Shown one piece after another: positions 9,604-20,627 of a stretch of DNA of 64,000 nucleotides. The translations under genes and the position numbers were made by a program. The notes under the pieces were generated by a model. That model was not told where the DNA came from, made no database searches, and saw only the letters and a list, made by a program, of their open reading frames with translations. Location of the stretch: positions 17,146-81,145 of IMG/VR virus record IMGVR_UViG_3300031673_000014. One strand, 5' to 3'. The DNA is from a virus. Positions within the stretch are counted from its first letter, which is position 1, and the number at the start of each line of letters is the position of its first letter.

Positions 9604-11313
9604 ATGGGCGTTAATCCTGCGACCTTTTCAAGTGCTGGTCAAATTAGTCAGCATTACATACCTGGGGCTTACTCCAGAAGAAATTTTGTTTCAAATGAGG
9701 GCGGTGGAGTTTCTGCCGGAAACATTTGTATTTTAGGTTATGCAGAACTAGGGAAACCACAAGTTTTACAGGTTTTTGATTCTGCTAATGAGGCAAGGGC
9801 GGTCTTAAGCTCAGGAGAGGGACTTGAGGGTGTTATTCAGGCTTTTGCTCCGGGCAACGATCTTACTCCTCAGCAAGTCGGGTTTATCCGAGTCAACCCC
9901 GGGACACAATCTTCTCGTGTACTTCAAAAGTCTGCCGTTGATGTTTTTACAGTAAAATCATTCTCATACGGTGTCCCAATGAACCAATTGAGATTGAAAT
10001 ATTCTGCCGGAACTGTTGTCGGATCATATAAGGTTCAAACAGAGTTCAAAGGGAATACCAGCGAGACTGACAATATTGAAAGAGATTCTTTGTCGATTCA
10101 GTATATTGGTGCCGGTTCAGCCACAACGATGACTATCAATGCGACAACTCTGGCAACCACAGTTACAGGAGGTCCGGGTTCAGAAGATTTGTCTTTAACT
10201 CTTTTAGACTTCCCGACAATAAGCGAACTTGTCCAGTACATTGATAATCAGGCTGCTTATAGCTGTTCTGTTTTAACTGATGCTCCGACTCAATTATCTT
10301 CCCAGTTAGACTATGTAACTGCTCAGAATATTTTGACGGCTGCATATTCAGCAAAATCAGACTACCAAGCAGTTTACGAGGCTCTTGTTGCTGATGTTTA
10401 TATTGATTCTGTTGTAAAAAACGGCGTCATAAGAAATGCTCCCGATGTCGATCTGGACTATGTTTATCTCTCAGGTGCAACTTCAGGGGCTTATACAACT
10501 GCAGAGTTTACGGATTCCTTAACAGTTCTTGAACAAGAAGATGTTCAATTAATAGCTACTCCGTCAACACTAGAGTCTGTACATATCTTGATGAAAAATC
10601 ATTGTGTGATTATGAACTCTGTTGAAGGTAGGAGAGAAAGACAGTTCTATGTCGGTGGTGCTTTAGGGGAAGATGAAACGGCGGTAGCTGCAAGGGCTGT
10701 TGTTCTTAATTCTTCTTTTGGGTCTCTTTGTTCTCCCGGGTATTACCAGTTTAACGATTCAGGAATAGAAACTTTATATGCTCCGTCTTATTATGCTTGT
10801 AAACAGGTTGGTATGGTATCAGCTCTATCTCTGAACAATCCCACAACTTCAAAGGCAGTTAATGTTACGAAATGGGAAAAAGACTATACAAGAGCTAATA
10901 TGAACACTCTTATTAAAGCCGGTGTTTTGATTGGCGGTAAAGATCAGGACGGATCTTATATCACTATAAGATCGATTACAACTTACCAGGGATCTCTTTT
11001 ACAGCAAAATGAAGCTTCCATTATGAGAGAATCTCTTTATCAAAGTGCTGATCTTAGAAGAAGACTTGAAAAAGCTTTGATTGGTACTCCAAATGTTGGT
11101 CAGGCTCAGTTGGCTACTGTTGACTCAATTTTCGAGAGAACTATTCAAGATTGGAAGGGGCAGGGAATAATCGTTGCAAACGGCGGTATACTTTATTCTG
11201 GGTATACTCGTAAAATTGTTGCAGATCAGATTGTTGTTGAATATAACACGTGGAATACAGCGCCTACAAACTTTGTATTCGTAACTCATAACATTTCACT
11301 GTTGGTACAGTAA
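9604..11313 (+). CDS. Tail sheath protein
   Basis: ~570 aa; YIPGAYS, ILGYAELGKP, IRVNPGTQS, RSITTY motifs; ATG 9604 has GGAGG RBS. Confidence 0.9.
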   Translation: MGVNPATFSSAGQISQHYIPGAYSRRNFVSNEGGGVSAGNICILGYAELGKPQVLQVFDSANEARAVLSSGEGLEGVIQAFAPGNDLTPQQVGFIRVNPGTQSSRVLQKSAVDVFTVKSFSYGVPMNQLRLKYSAGTVVGSYKVQTEFKGNTSETDNIERDSLSIQYIGAGSATTMTINATTLATTVTGGPGSEDLSLTLLDFPTISELVQYIDNQAAYSCSVLTDAPTQLSSQLDYVTAQNILTAAYSAKSDYQAVYEALVADVYIDSVVKNGVIRNAPDVDLDYVYLSGATSGAYTTAEFTDSLTVLEQEDVQLIATPSTLESVHILMKNHCVIMNSVEGRRERQFYVGGALGEDETAVAARAVVLNSSFGSLCSPGYYQFNDSGIETLYAPSYYACKQVGMVSALSLNNPTTSKAVNVTKWEKDYTRANMNTLIKAGVLIGGKDQDGSYITIRSITTYQGSLLQQNEASIMRESLYQSADLRRRLEKALIGTPNVGQAQLATVDSIFERTIQDWKGQGIIVANGGILYSGYTRKIVADQIVVEYNTWNTAPTNFVFVTHNISLLVQ

Positions 11314-11324
11314 GGAGGTAGGAA

Positions 11325-11810
11325 ATGCCATTACCAAACGCGAGCGAAAAATTAATCCAACAGGGATCGTTTTGTAACGTTGTAATTTATGATGCAACGG
11401 CAAACCGGCAGACATTAGGATTAGTACAAAATGCTTCTTTTAATGAGGACTTCAACGTTGTAACTGCTCAGGTAATAGGATTCTTTGGTCCAGTTTCTCT
11501 GGATTCTCAGAACTATTCTTGTACGTTGACGTTGGGAACTTATGTTGCATTAAGGCCTAGAGAAGATATTGTAATTCCATACCTTGACGGAGGGGAGACA
11601 ACTATTCAGAAATTGTTGAAAACGAGATCTGAAATAGCTCTTACCGGAAAAGGGACGGTTCTTAGTCAGATAGACTTTGTTGATCTTCAGGCTGGAGTAG
11701 TATACAATTCCTTTAACCAGTGTGTAATATCCACAAACGGTGTTACTATTGGGGTTGCTGCTTATGTAACAGCAAATATTCAACTAATGTGTATCGAAAG
11801 AACACTATAG
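11325..11810 (+). CDS. Tail tube protein
   Basis: 161 aa right after sheath; LGLVQNAS-NEDF...VIG pattern. Confidence 0.75.
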   Translation: MPLPNASEKLIQQGSFCNVVIYDATANRQTLGLVQNASFNEDFNVVTAQVIGFFGPVSLDSQNYSCTLTLGTYVALRPREDIVIPYLDGGETTIQKLLKTRSEIALTGKGTVLSQIDFVDLQAGVVYNSFNQCVISTNGVTIGVAAYVTANIQLMCIERTL

Positions 11811-11819
11811 GAGTAGTTA

Positions 11820-12206
11820 ATGTTTGAAGAGAATACCATTGTAGGTAAAATTGCAAAGGGGGAATTCCCGGAAGAAAGTGTTAAAACTAAATACGGTGAA
11901 TTTGTAATAAAATTTCCTTCAGGAGAAGATTTCATGATCATTTCCAGAAAGAAAGCGACTTATTTTGGCGGGCTTCCCATTAATTCGTTTGATATCAGAG
12001 TACAAAACGTGGCTGAGAGGGATGCAACTCTCTCAGTCATTATTAATCAATATCCTGAAAAATTCCCCGAGAAGTGGGAAGGGGACGGTTTTATAAACTT
12101 CCCGGATGAGGAGGTGAAGAACACCATTTATAAGGCGTTCAATACCTTTTACAGTAAAACTCAGGACCGAATATCAGGAAGGGGTCGAGGAAAAGATAAA
12201 GAATGA
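11820..12206 (+). CDS. Tail assembly chaperone
   Basis: Between tube and tape measure. Confidence 0.65.
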   Translation: MFEENTIVGKIAKGEFPEESVKTKYGEFVIKFPSGEDFMIISRKKATYFGGLPINSFDIRVQNVAERDATLSVIINQYPEKFPEKWEGDGFINFPDEEVKNTIYKAFNTFYSKTQDRISGRGRGKDKE

Positions 12207-12237
12207 GGATCCAGAATTAACAGTTAGAATCTGGTAT

Positions 12238-12495
12238 ATGGATCGTTATTCACTTACTCCATTCGACAAAAGGTATTTAAAACTACCCTATGAATGGATG
12301 GAGTATTCTTATCTTAGATTTATGAGTAAAAATGGCTTTGAAGAAATTCGAGATTATCATCTTAAAACGATGTTTGAAGCTGAAAAAAACAAAAAGTACG
12401 ACGAAGAGTTGAAAGAGCAAATGGAACAGTATGGTGATGGATTTAGTCCGGCCATGATGGAAGACGTTATGAAAGCTTTTAAGGATGCAAAATGA
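12238..12495 (+). CDS. Tail assembly chaperone second ORF (possible frameshift extension)
   Basis: +1 frame open from ~12118; ATG lacks SD. Confidence 0.55.
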   Translation: MDRYSLTPFDKRYLKLPYEWMEYSYLRFMSKNGFEEIRDYHLKTMFEAEKNKKYDEELKEQMEQYGDGFSPAMMEDVMKAFKDAK

Positions 12496-14306
12496 TTGAA
12501 ACGGGAACGATAATAACGGTTCAAGACAATGCCAGCGCTAGTGCGAAGAGAATATCTGAAGAACTTCAGGGCGTTGCTAGAAGTGCTGATAACGTCAACT
12601 CTTCTTTTGATTCGAGAGTCTTAGACGAATATGATAAAAAGCTTACCCAGATAGGGGAAAACTTTTCTAAACTTCAACAAAAACAGCAAAATGTAAACAG
12701 AATGCAAGTGCAGAGAGGACATCAAATACAAGGGATGACTTCTTCTGCAGTGTCTACCTTAACACAGGCCGGAAGGGGAGATGTCGGAGGGGCTACTGAT
12801 ACTGCCGGGAAGGGCTTATCTGGTCTTGCTTCTCTTATGGGCGGCTCAGGAGCTTTACTTGCAGGAATGGCGGTTGCCGGTGTCGCGGTTGCCGGAACAA
12901 ACGCTTTAGCCAACCAATATGAACCAAGAAGCGGACCGGCTACAAAACTGGCCGGGTTACAGGGTGATTTTGGAACCGACATGGAAGCCAATACGAAGGC
13001 TTTGCGTGAAGCAATGGCTTCTACCGTAGAATCAGTGTCTAAATTCGGTATTACGTTTGAAGAAGGAGCCAAAGCTCAAGAGGCATTCTTAATGGCCGGT
13101 GGTACTGATTTTCCGGGAAGTCGTGCCGGTGATTATGCTATGGCTGGAAGGGGCTCAATAGGGCAATTGTCTGCTACTTCGGGTTTATTCCAAAGATATG
13201 GACAGACAGGAGTATTAGATACTGCAGAAAAATTAAGAAAGTCCCAGGGTTTAGAGGTTGCTCAATACGGGGAACTTTTAACAGGAATAGAAAGTGCTTT
13301 TACTTCTGCCCTTTCCCGGGGTGTAATCAGAGATCCTAACGATATAGCAATAACTCAGGCTTTTATGGCAAGGGGCGGAGAAACATTTCAGGGTGCTTTA
13401 GGTGCTCAGAAAGTTGCTGGTATGGATCAGGCAACCGCTAATGCCGGGAATCTGCAAAGTCAAGAAGATATCTTTTTATATAGAGCAGGTCAAAAACTTA
13501 AAGCCAATAAAAGTGGTGGTTTAATAGAAACTCAAATGTTACTTGAACAAGGGCTTTCTCCTGAGTTATTAAATAACTTATTCGGGGAATATGAAGCTTA
13601 TGGCTATGGCGAAACAGAGCAAATAAAGAAACTTCAATCTGCTTTTGGTCTTAGTGTTACCGATGCCAGCAAGATATACGGTATGGATCGAGCAAACATG
13701 ACTCAAAATGATCTTGATAACTATACCGGAGTAAAATCAGGAACCGGACAAACAATAGAAACACAATATACTGAGAATATAGAGAACCTAAGACAAACTA
13801 TTGCCGGGGAAATGGGAGCTGTTGCTTTTGATATAAGGGCGAAATTTGTAGAAGGTGGCACAGAGCTTTTAGATAAATTTAAATCGTGGTTTTCTGAACT
13901 TGGAGATTCAAAAACTGCCGAGGCAATTCATACCAGAACAATTGTTGCTTCTTCTATTCAAATAAATGAAAACATGGCTACCGATACTTTTGGGGCTGAG
14001 GTATATTTGCCAGCGGTAAATATGGGAAAATCAAGGGCTGGGTACTCGGAGCTTGTTACAAAAATAGATGAAGCTAGGGCAGATGGAGCGACAGAAGCAC
14101 AGCTTTCCGGAATAACCGGAAGATATATGGAATATACTAAAAAAGACTCTGTTGGAGGCGTAGACATTGCCCCTACAGAGCTTGCAGTTCTTAATATGAT
14201 GATCGATGCTATTACCGCTTCTAATCAAAAAGTAATAGAGGCTATAAACAGCCCTATGCAAGTTTACGGCAGAACTAGAGGCGTTGACCTGGGAGAAACT
14301 CCGTAA
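12492..14306 (+). CDS. Tape measure protein
   Basis: Ala/Gly/Gln-rich helical 604 aa after chaperones. Confidence 0.75.
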   Translation: MIETGTIITVQDNASASAKRISEELQGVARSADNVNSSFDSRVLDEYDKKLTQIGENFSKLQQKQQNVNRMQVQRGHQIQGMTSSAVSTLTQAGRGDVGGATDTAGKGLSGLASLMGGSGALLAGMAVAGVAVAGTNALANQYEPRSGPATKLAGLQGDFGTDMEANTKALREAMASTVESVSKFGITFEEGAKAQEAFLMAGGTDFPGSRAGDYAMAGRGSIGQLSATSGLFQRYGQTGVLDTAEKLRKSQGLEVAQYGELLTGIESAFTSALSRGVIRDPNDIAITQAFMARGGETFQGALGAQKVAGMDQATANAGNLQSQEDIFLYRAGQKLKANKSGGLIETQMLLEQGLSPELLNNLFGEYEAYGYGETEQIKKLQSAFGLSVTDASKIYGMDRANMTQNDLDNYTGVKSGTGQTIETQYTENIENLRQTIAGEMGAVAFDIRAKFVEGGTELLDKFKSWFSELGDSKTAEAIHTRTIVASSIQINENMATDTFGAEVYLPAVNMGKSRAGYSELVTKIDEARADGATEAQLSGITGRYMEYTKKDSVGGVDIAPTELAVLNMMIDAITASNQKVIEAINSPMQVYGRTRGVDLGETP

Positions 14307-15763
14307 TGAATAACACGTATTACAGAAATCCCGAGTGGATTGTAAAAGTACAAAGACCTGATTATACAAAATCGACAATAACCTATAAGACTGTCCCGGA
14401 GTGGTCTCAAACTGGGTACCAAGTTTCTAAAGTGGAATTCTCATCATCTTTAGACAAAACTAATTATCTATACGGAAACACTGATTTAATCGGATATGAA
14501 TATGAAGAATCAATAGGCAGTCCTGGAAACCCGTTTTCATTGACGCTTGTGCCTATCGAAGATAAAAAAGGACATACCTGGAAAGATAAAATAAAAGCCA
14601 GAGATGTTGTTTCAATTATAGAATTCGGGAAAGTACGATATATAGGAATTGTAAAATCAACCGGCTATTCTTCATCAATGGATAATAACGGCAACCCGAT
14701 AAGGTCAATTGTTATATCAGGGGAATCGTTAGGGGGGATGATAAGCAGTTTTAATTTGCCGATGAACTTATATCTTTGGTATAATGTCGGAGCTGATGCT
14801 GCAAACCGAAAACTTTTTGAAGACCTAAATTCAGTTGCTGCAAAAGGTCAATCTATAGGTGAAGTTTTTAGGAAAATAAAAGAAGATTTTTTTGAAGTTG
14901 TATTTGGCGCTGATTTTGGGGGATTTATAGCCGTACTAGATGCGTATTTTTCTCTTGATATTGATAAATTGGAAGCTTACTATCCGATGAACTTGAAACC
15001 ATTCCAGATCGATACTAATAATTTATGGGAAATATTCAGGCAGATTGCGCCTACTCCCATATATGAACTGTTTGGAAGATTTGAGAAAGATAAATACCGT
15101 CTAATATGCCGGGAAACTCCGTTTGATACTCAAGATTGGAATAAGCTAAAGAGAACAGAAATAAATACATTATATTTAATAAGTCAAAACTTGAGTGATT
15201 CAGACGGCCAAGTCTATACTCATTATTTTTCACAGATGCCAAATTCTGCATTAACCGAGGCAGAAATTTGGGTAAATAGTTCCTTGAGTGAGATATCTGT
15301 TTTCGACAAAGATAAACTTCCTATTTACGGTTACAACCAATTAAAGGCGACATTTCCATTTTTTGATTTAGATAAAGGAAGGGCAGAATCTTCTATAAAC
15401 TTTTTGAAAAACAATTCTGCAAGAATGTATGCATGGTATAAAAATAATGTCGATTTTCTTTCTGGTAAAATTGAGATGATGACCGTACCAGATAAAGAGA
15501 ATAATTATATTTCTATTGGAGAACGGATATCCCATTTCCAAGGATCAAACAATTCGATTGAATTTTATGTGGAAGCGGTTAAAAGAAAGATGGATTATCC
15601 CGGGACAATGACATCGGAATACTCTGTTACACGAGGGTATGAGTACGGGTATGCGTCGGTAACGGTTGAAGGCGTAACTTTGAGCACACCCCAGGTAAAA
15701 AGGATTTCCCAACAAGGTAGAAAGATGATACAATCTGAGAAAGATATAACAGGAGGGAGATAA
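14306..15763 (+). CDS. Baseplate hub protein
   Basis: Position; P.YELF, LICRETPF, EFYVEAV...TSEYSVTRG motifs. Confidence 0.6.
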   Translation: MNNTYYRNPEWIVKVQRPDYTKSTITYKTVPEWSQTGYQVSKVEFSSSLDKTNYLYGNTDLIGYEYEESIGSPGNPFSLTLVPIEDKKGHTWKDKIKARDVVSIIEFGKVRYIGIVKSTGYSSSMDNNGNPIRSIVISGESLGGMISSFNLPMNLYLWYNVGADAANRKLFEDLNSVAAKGQSIGEVFRKIKEDFFEVVFGADFGGFIAVLDAYFSLDIDKLEAYYPMNLKPFQIDTNNLWEIFRQIAPTPIYELFGRFEKDKYRLICRETPFDTQDWNKLKRTEINTLYLISQNLSDSDGQVYTHYFSQMPNSALTEAEIWVNSSLSEISVFDKDKLPIYGYNQLKATFPFFDLDKGRAESSINFLKNNSARMYAWYKNNVDFLSGKIEMMTVPDKENNYISIGERISHFQGSNNSIEFYVEAVKRKMDYPGTMTSEYSVTRGYEYGYASVTVEGVTLSTPQVKRISQQGRKMIQSEKDITGGR

Positions 15764-16378
15764 TTGAAAGTATTAAAATTTAATAATTCGCCCCGCCCGA
15801 TCAATCAAACCAATTCAAGATCTTCATTTTTTTCAAAATCACTATCGGTAACATATGGAAGTATAGATAGTAATAATACCGACAGTACTTGTAATGTTCT
15901 TTTAAAGAGTGGATTCGTAGCTACAAATATCAGACTTTTATCAACGGTATTTCCTTCAAAAGATCCGACTTATGGCGGTGTTAATTATCCTCAAATAGAA
16001 GCTGAGGTTTTAATCATTCATCCTGAAGGAGACTTGAGTTCGGGGTTTATAATTCCTTCTCCTCTCGATGTAAGAGATGATACCGTTAAAACTGACCTAT
16101 TTGATCAGGGAGACATAACGTTGCTCCCTGGGGGCTGGAAACATCTATATGATAAAGAAACTGGCAAAGCACAATTCTTACATGGAGACTTTTTTAGTCT
16201 TATAGCAGATCCCGATACTGAAAAGGTTACTTTTGTGGATTTTAAACAAAATAAAATCACGACTGATACCAATGGAATGCTTTTGGAAGATCTAAATGGA
16301 AACACCATAAGCATGGAAGCGGCAACTCCGACAACAAAAAAAGTCTTAATAAATGGTAATTTGGAGATATTACAGTAA
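15764..16378 (+). CDS. Baseplate spike (gpV-like)
   Basis: OB-fold-like N-terminus (YPQIEAEVLI) and beta-repeat C-terminus (D..GNTI). Confidence 0.6.
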   Translation: MKVLKFNNSPRPINQTNSRSSFFSKSLSVTYGSIDSNNTDSTCNVLLKSGFVATNIRLLSTVFPSKDPTYGGVNYPQIEAEVLIIHPEGDLSSGFIIPSPLDVRDDTVKTDLFDQGDITLLPGGWKHLYDKETGKAQFLHGDFFSLIADPDTEKVTFVDFKQNKITTDTNGMLLEDLNGNTISMEAATPTTKKVLINGNLEILQ

Positions 16379-16770
16379 TGGCTAGAAAACTTTTAGCAGT
16401 AGAAGGATTAACAATATCTCACAGTTCAGGTTCGGCGGTTTCCGGTGGGACTTTCACTATTACAAGTGCTCCCTCTTTAAAATATGCTGTTAAAAATGTC
16501 ACTTTTAAAAAGGTATACAGAGGAACTTTAACTTTTACCTTTACCGGAGGTAGTCACTCTTCCGGGACTTCTGGTTCAGCTACAGGGGCAGGGACCATAA
16601 ATTTTACAGCTACAAAAAATAAGATTGACGGACAGTTTGTTTTAAGAGTAGAGGATACCGGGACTTTAACAGGAGTTTATATTCCCCCAAGTGTCCCACC
16701 GCCTACTGTGGCGTTTACTTCTAATGTAGAGATATCAGATGCCGGACAGTCTAAGGCTTTAGGAGAATAG
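16378..16770 (+). CDS. Putative spike-tip / baseplate protein
   Basis: Gly/Ser/Thr-rich; K.KIDGQFVLRVED and ISDAGQSK PAAR-like segments. Confidence 0.5.
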   Translation: MARKLLAVEGLTISHSSGSAVSGGTFTITSAPSLKYAVKNVTFKKVYRGTLTFTFTGGSHSSGTSGSATGAGTINFTATKNKIDGQFVLRVEDTGTLTGVYIPPSVPPPTVAFTSNVEISDAGQSKALGE

Positions 16771-16771
16771 A

Positions 16772-18457
16772 ATGGCTTATACAGATTTATATAAAAAATC
16801 AATATTTTTTGAAATACTTTCTGTTGATTCAAATGGGCAGCCGTTGGTTACTGTAGAGTCTTTCGCTTTTACAATACCGCCGTCTAGTTTGGAGATTGTT
16901 CAAACTCAGAGAGTTACAAAAACAGCTACTCCCGGAGGATTCTTTATTGATAACTACGGAATGGGCAGCGCCAATATAACAATAAGTGGAGAAACTGGAA
17001 ACGAAGAGAAGCGATTGTCTATTTTAGGACCGGGCAAAACCCCCCGATCTCTTACCGGTCAAGAATGTTTCTTTTATTTCAGAGATAAAATAGCAAGATA
17101 TTCACAGAAAAATCAAAACTATGTTATGAGGTTTTATGATCTTACCCATAAAGGAGGTAAGAATATTTTCAACCGTTTGTCGTTCGGCGGCAATTCTCAG
17201 TTTTCAGAGGCATGGGAAGTTGTTTTAGATGAATCGGCAATGAGAAGAACTTCAGCAAAACCTTTCTTTTATCCATATACAATCAATCTAACTGGACTAA
17301 GGCCACTGGGAACTTATAATTCTGGTGCTGTTGGGAAAGTTATTGGATTTTTAAGCGATATAAAAAATAAAATTGATGCTGTAGTAGCGGCCATTGAAGA
17401 ATTCAAAACAAACATAACTTTCTTACTTGATAATGCTTTTGAGTTTGTTTCTGATGTAGCCAGTATCTTGACTTCTGTAAATTCGTTTGTTTCTCAGCTC
17501 ACAAGTTTTACGGGTCTGGTTTTAGAGTATGAAAAGAAACTAGGCGGTCTATTTGATGATGTAATCTCAGAGACCAGCCAATTCATATCATCAGGATTGC
17601 AATTAATATCATTTCCTTACGATGTATTAGAAACGGCCAGACTTGAAGCTTTAGATGTAGTGGATAAAACAAACCAGTTAATTAGCAGCGCAAAAACGGC
17701 AGGAAAAAATGTTTTAAATAAATATGACTGGACAGAAAATATCGATCCTGTCTCTAATATCGGGTTGTCCCTTATAGCGATAGAAGAAAAATTTAATGTT
17801 ATTGTATTGTTGGCAAAACAGGATTCGTCTTTTGAACCGATAGGAGGAATAATTTTAAACGGAATTGTTACTCCGGTCTATGGTCAAGTTTCATATGTCG
17901 TACAAGAAAATACACGGCTAGATAAATTAGCGAGGGATATTTACGGAGATCCGGACCTTAAAGATGTCATTGCTGGTATAAACGGAATATATTCAAATGA
18001 TGAATTGACAGCTTCGACCATATTGAGTCTTCCAATTTTATCCCCCGATATAAGATATGCAAATAACGCCGTCTATAACACTCCGGATAATAGAAATGAT
18101 GTGTTAGGTAAAGACGCTCACGTTGTCGAGGGAGTTTTTGATTTAAACTCAGAAGATTATGCTATTACGGCAGGGGAAGGAACAATTTTACAGGCTATTT
18201 CATTTAGACTGACAGAAAAAAAAGGCCGTCAAATTCGTGATGGATCATATGGGATTGTGGCTCAGATAGGTACAGCTTTAAATAGTGATGCTCCTTTTGA
18301 GTATTTAAGCGTATCGTTGGCCGAGACATTGATCCAAGATCCGAGAATAACCGCCGTTTATGGATTGAACTTCTTAGGTGACGGAGATAAACTATATCAG
18401 GAATTTAAAGTGGATACTTTATCTAAACCAGCTATAACATACCGGGAGGGACTATGA
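16772..18457 (+). CDS. Baseplate protein (tube initiator + LysM-like + gp25-like wedge fusion)
   Basis: TATPGGFFIDNYG...ITISGETG N-term; LDKLARDIYGD...IAGIN LysM-like; QAISFRL...YG...LIQDPRI gp25-like C-term. Confidence 0.65.
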   Translation: MAYTDLYKKSIFFEILSVDSNGQPLVTVESFAFTIPPSSLEIVQTQRVTKTATPGGFFIDNYGMGSANITISGETGNEEKRLSILGPGKTPRSLTGQECFFYFRDKIARYSQKNQNYVMRFYDLTHKGGKNIFNRLSFGGNSQFSEAWEVVLDESAMRRTSAKPFFYPYTINLTGLRPLGTYNSGAVGKVIGFLSDIKNKIDAVVAAIEEFKTNITFLLDNAFEFVSDVASILTSVNSFVSQLTSFTGLVLEYEKKLGGLFDDVISETSQFISSGLQLISFPYDVLETARLEALDVVDKTNQLISSAKTAGKNVLNKYDWTENIDPVSNIGLSLIAIEEKFNVIVLLAKQDSSFEPIGGIILNGIVTPVYGQVSYVVQENTRLDKLARDIYGDPDLKDVIAGINGIYSNDELTASTILSLPILSPDIRYANNAVYNTPDNRNDVLGKDAHVVEGVFDLNSEDYAITAGEGTILQAISFRLTEKKGRQIRDGSYGIVAQIGTALNSDAPFEYLSVSLAETLIQDPRITAVYGLNFLGDGDKLYQEFKVDTLSKPAITYREGL

Positions 18458-19542
18458 GCGAAATATTAACGCAAAAAGATTTCTACGAAGCAATGAAGTC
18501 TTATCTCGTTGCTAATCAGGATAGAGTTACAGACTTTAATAAAGGATCTACTTTAGATACTCAGTTAAATGCAATTGCTACTCAGTTAAATCAGGCTATG
18601 GTAAAGGCAAGTGGAGGGTTTAAGGTCCAGTTTGAACAAATTCCTTACCAAGTTTTTGACTTTAATAGAAAAACACCGAATACAGCTTCAGGAACAGTCA
18701 TATTCTCTCGCCAGACTCCCGATGCTGTACAAATAACAATTCCTATAGGAACTTTGGTAGGAACTGTTAGCGGTCTTTTATATGCTACTCAGGCAGAGGC
18801 AATCATCCTATCGGGTAATCTAAATTCTTCCGTTGTATCTATAATCGCAAACGATATAGGAACGGCTTACAATGCGGTTATCGGAGATGTGAACCAGATA
18901 AACTCATCAGTCCCCGGGATAAACTCAGTTACGAATAATACTGCGGTTGCCGGTGGTACTGATAAAGAAAATAACTCATCGTATTTTACCAGGTTCACTA
19001 ATTTTATACTTGGGTTGGCGGGTTCTAATCGGTTTGGAATATTAACCGCTGCTACTTCTGTTGAAACTATTCAATCTGGATATGTTGAAGATCATTTCCC
19101 CCCGGAATCGGGGCTTTATAATTACACTATTTATGTTGATGATGGCTCTGGAAGTGTCCCTCAATTAAAACTGGACGAAATAGAACTTGTTATATATGGA
19201 AATGATACATCTATTTACAAAGGGTATAATGCAGCCGGAATTAATTTTCGTGTATTATCTGCCGGGCTTATATCTATAGCCGTCGCGTATACGGTCGAAG
19301 TGGATGTCGTTAGTTATGATCTTGATGCTACCGAAACGCAAATACAAGAAACCATATTAGGCTATGTGAATTCATTATGGGTTGGAGCAGAGGTAATCAG
19401 AGCTGAGATAATAAAACTGATCCAGGGACTTGATGCTGTTTTGAACACTACCGTTTTAACTCTGAACGGAGGAGTAATTGATATTGCGGTTCTTCCAGCT
19501 CAGGTAGCAAGAATCAGTACAATTGTAGGTACACTGTCATGA
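18454..19542 (+). CDS. Baseplate J-like wedge protein
   Basis: TDFNKGS, IPIGT, VTN...GGTDKE, IYVDDGSG motifs. Confidence 0.85.
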   Translation: MSEILTQKDFYEAMKSYLVANQDRVTDFNKGSTLDTQLNAIATQLNQAMVKASGGFKVQFEQIPYQVFDFNRKTPNTASGTVIFSRQTPDAVQITIPIGTLVGTVSGLLYATQAEAIILSGNLNSSVVSIIANDIGTAYNAVIGDVNQINSSVPGINSVTNNTAVAGGTDKENNSSYFTRFTNFILGLAGSNRFGILTAATSVETIQSGYVEDHFPPESGLYNYTIYVDDGSGSVPQLKLDEIELVIYGNDTSIYKGYNAAGINFRVLSAGLISIAVAYTVEVDVVSYDLDATETQIQETILGYVNSLWVGAEVIRAEIIKLIQGLDAVLNTTVLTLNGGVIDIAVLPAQVARISTIVGTLS

Positions 19543-20627
19543 GTCAAATTACAGAGCTTAATGAACAGATATTAGAAGCCATACTGAAAACAGATCCTTT
19601 CTATGAAGCTCTTTATGGAAAAGTAAACTTTTTACCAGAAACCACAATCACCGGTCCGAATGATTTTAACTGTGGAGCGATAGCAAACGGACTGGAATAT
19701 CTTTATCAGTTCGTAAGAGAACTCACAGAACCGGAAATTGCCAACTTGAAAGCTCCTTATATTGATATAGTAGTTTTCTTCTTTACCGGGCTTAAGCGAT
19801 TCGTTGATGAGACAACAGTTAAGTTTTTAAACAGAATGCAATCTCTTACAGTAAGAGAGTGTGGTGGTTGGAGCGCTGACAAATTAGGTACTCCATGGGA
19901 TATTTTAAATGTTTTATGTTATTATTTAGACCGAGAATTGTTATATTATATCCCTAATCATGTTTTGACTAATCTGATGGTAAATGGGGACTTTGAAACG
20001 GCTTTGGGCGCTGAGTGGGTTACTGCAGGAGCAAGGACGATAAGTGATGCATTTTCCGGAGACTGGAAGATGGACTTTTCAACTTTTAGTTCTCTGGCTC
20101 AGACTATAGCGGTGACGGCAGGATCTTTTATTATGAATTGTTTCATAAACCCTGCAGTTGATCCCGTTGGAGATACGGACATCTTTTCATTTAAAATACA
20201 AAGGTCTTCGGATAGTAAATATTTCAATACTTCTACCCTGGTATGGCAAGTTGCGGATCCTTTAAATGTTCATTCAACAGATAAAGCAGGGTATAGCCTG
20301 GCTGAATATTTTGTAATAGTCGATGGAAGTTATAATATAACGATAACTTTTACAAAAGTTGTTTCATTTATGTTAGATCATGTTGAATTCGGGGAGAAAC
20401 TTTACCCCGCTTTTGAGATAATTTATGTAGATAGTGGGTTTGCGGATAGTTTTGCTGCGACCTGGTTAGATGGTACAGTCAGCCCCGAAAACGCTTCTTA
20501 TATCGAGCAAGACTTTATGTTTTCCAGTTCAACGAGTGTGTATTCGGATGTTTATTTCCAGTCGCTTATCGATACGGTAAAAGCTTCCGGAGTCAAAGGA
20601 ATTTTTAATAGAGAGGTTAGATCATGA
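19539..20627 (+). CDS. Baseplate wedge / tail protein with carbohydrate-binding-like module
   Basis: After baseplate J; NLMVNGDFET motif; C-terminal KASGVK. Confidence 0.55.
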   Translation: MSQITELNEQILEAILKTDPFYEALYGKVNFLPETTITGPNDFNCGAIANGLEYLYQFVRELTEPEIANLKAPYIDIVVFFFTGLKRFVDETTVKFLNRMQSLTVRECGGWSADKLGTPWDILNVLCYYLDRELLYYIPNHVLTNLMVNGDFETALGAEWVTAGARTISDAFSGDWKMDFSTFSSLAQTIAVTAGSFIMNCFINPAVDPVGDTDIFSFKIQRSSDSKYFNTSTLVWQVADPLNVHSTDKAGYSLAEYFVIVDGSYNITITFTKVVSFMLDHVEFGEKLYPAFEIIYVDSGFADSFAATWLDGTVSPENASYIEQDFMFSSSTSVYSDVYFQSLIDTVKASGVKGIFNREVRS

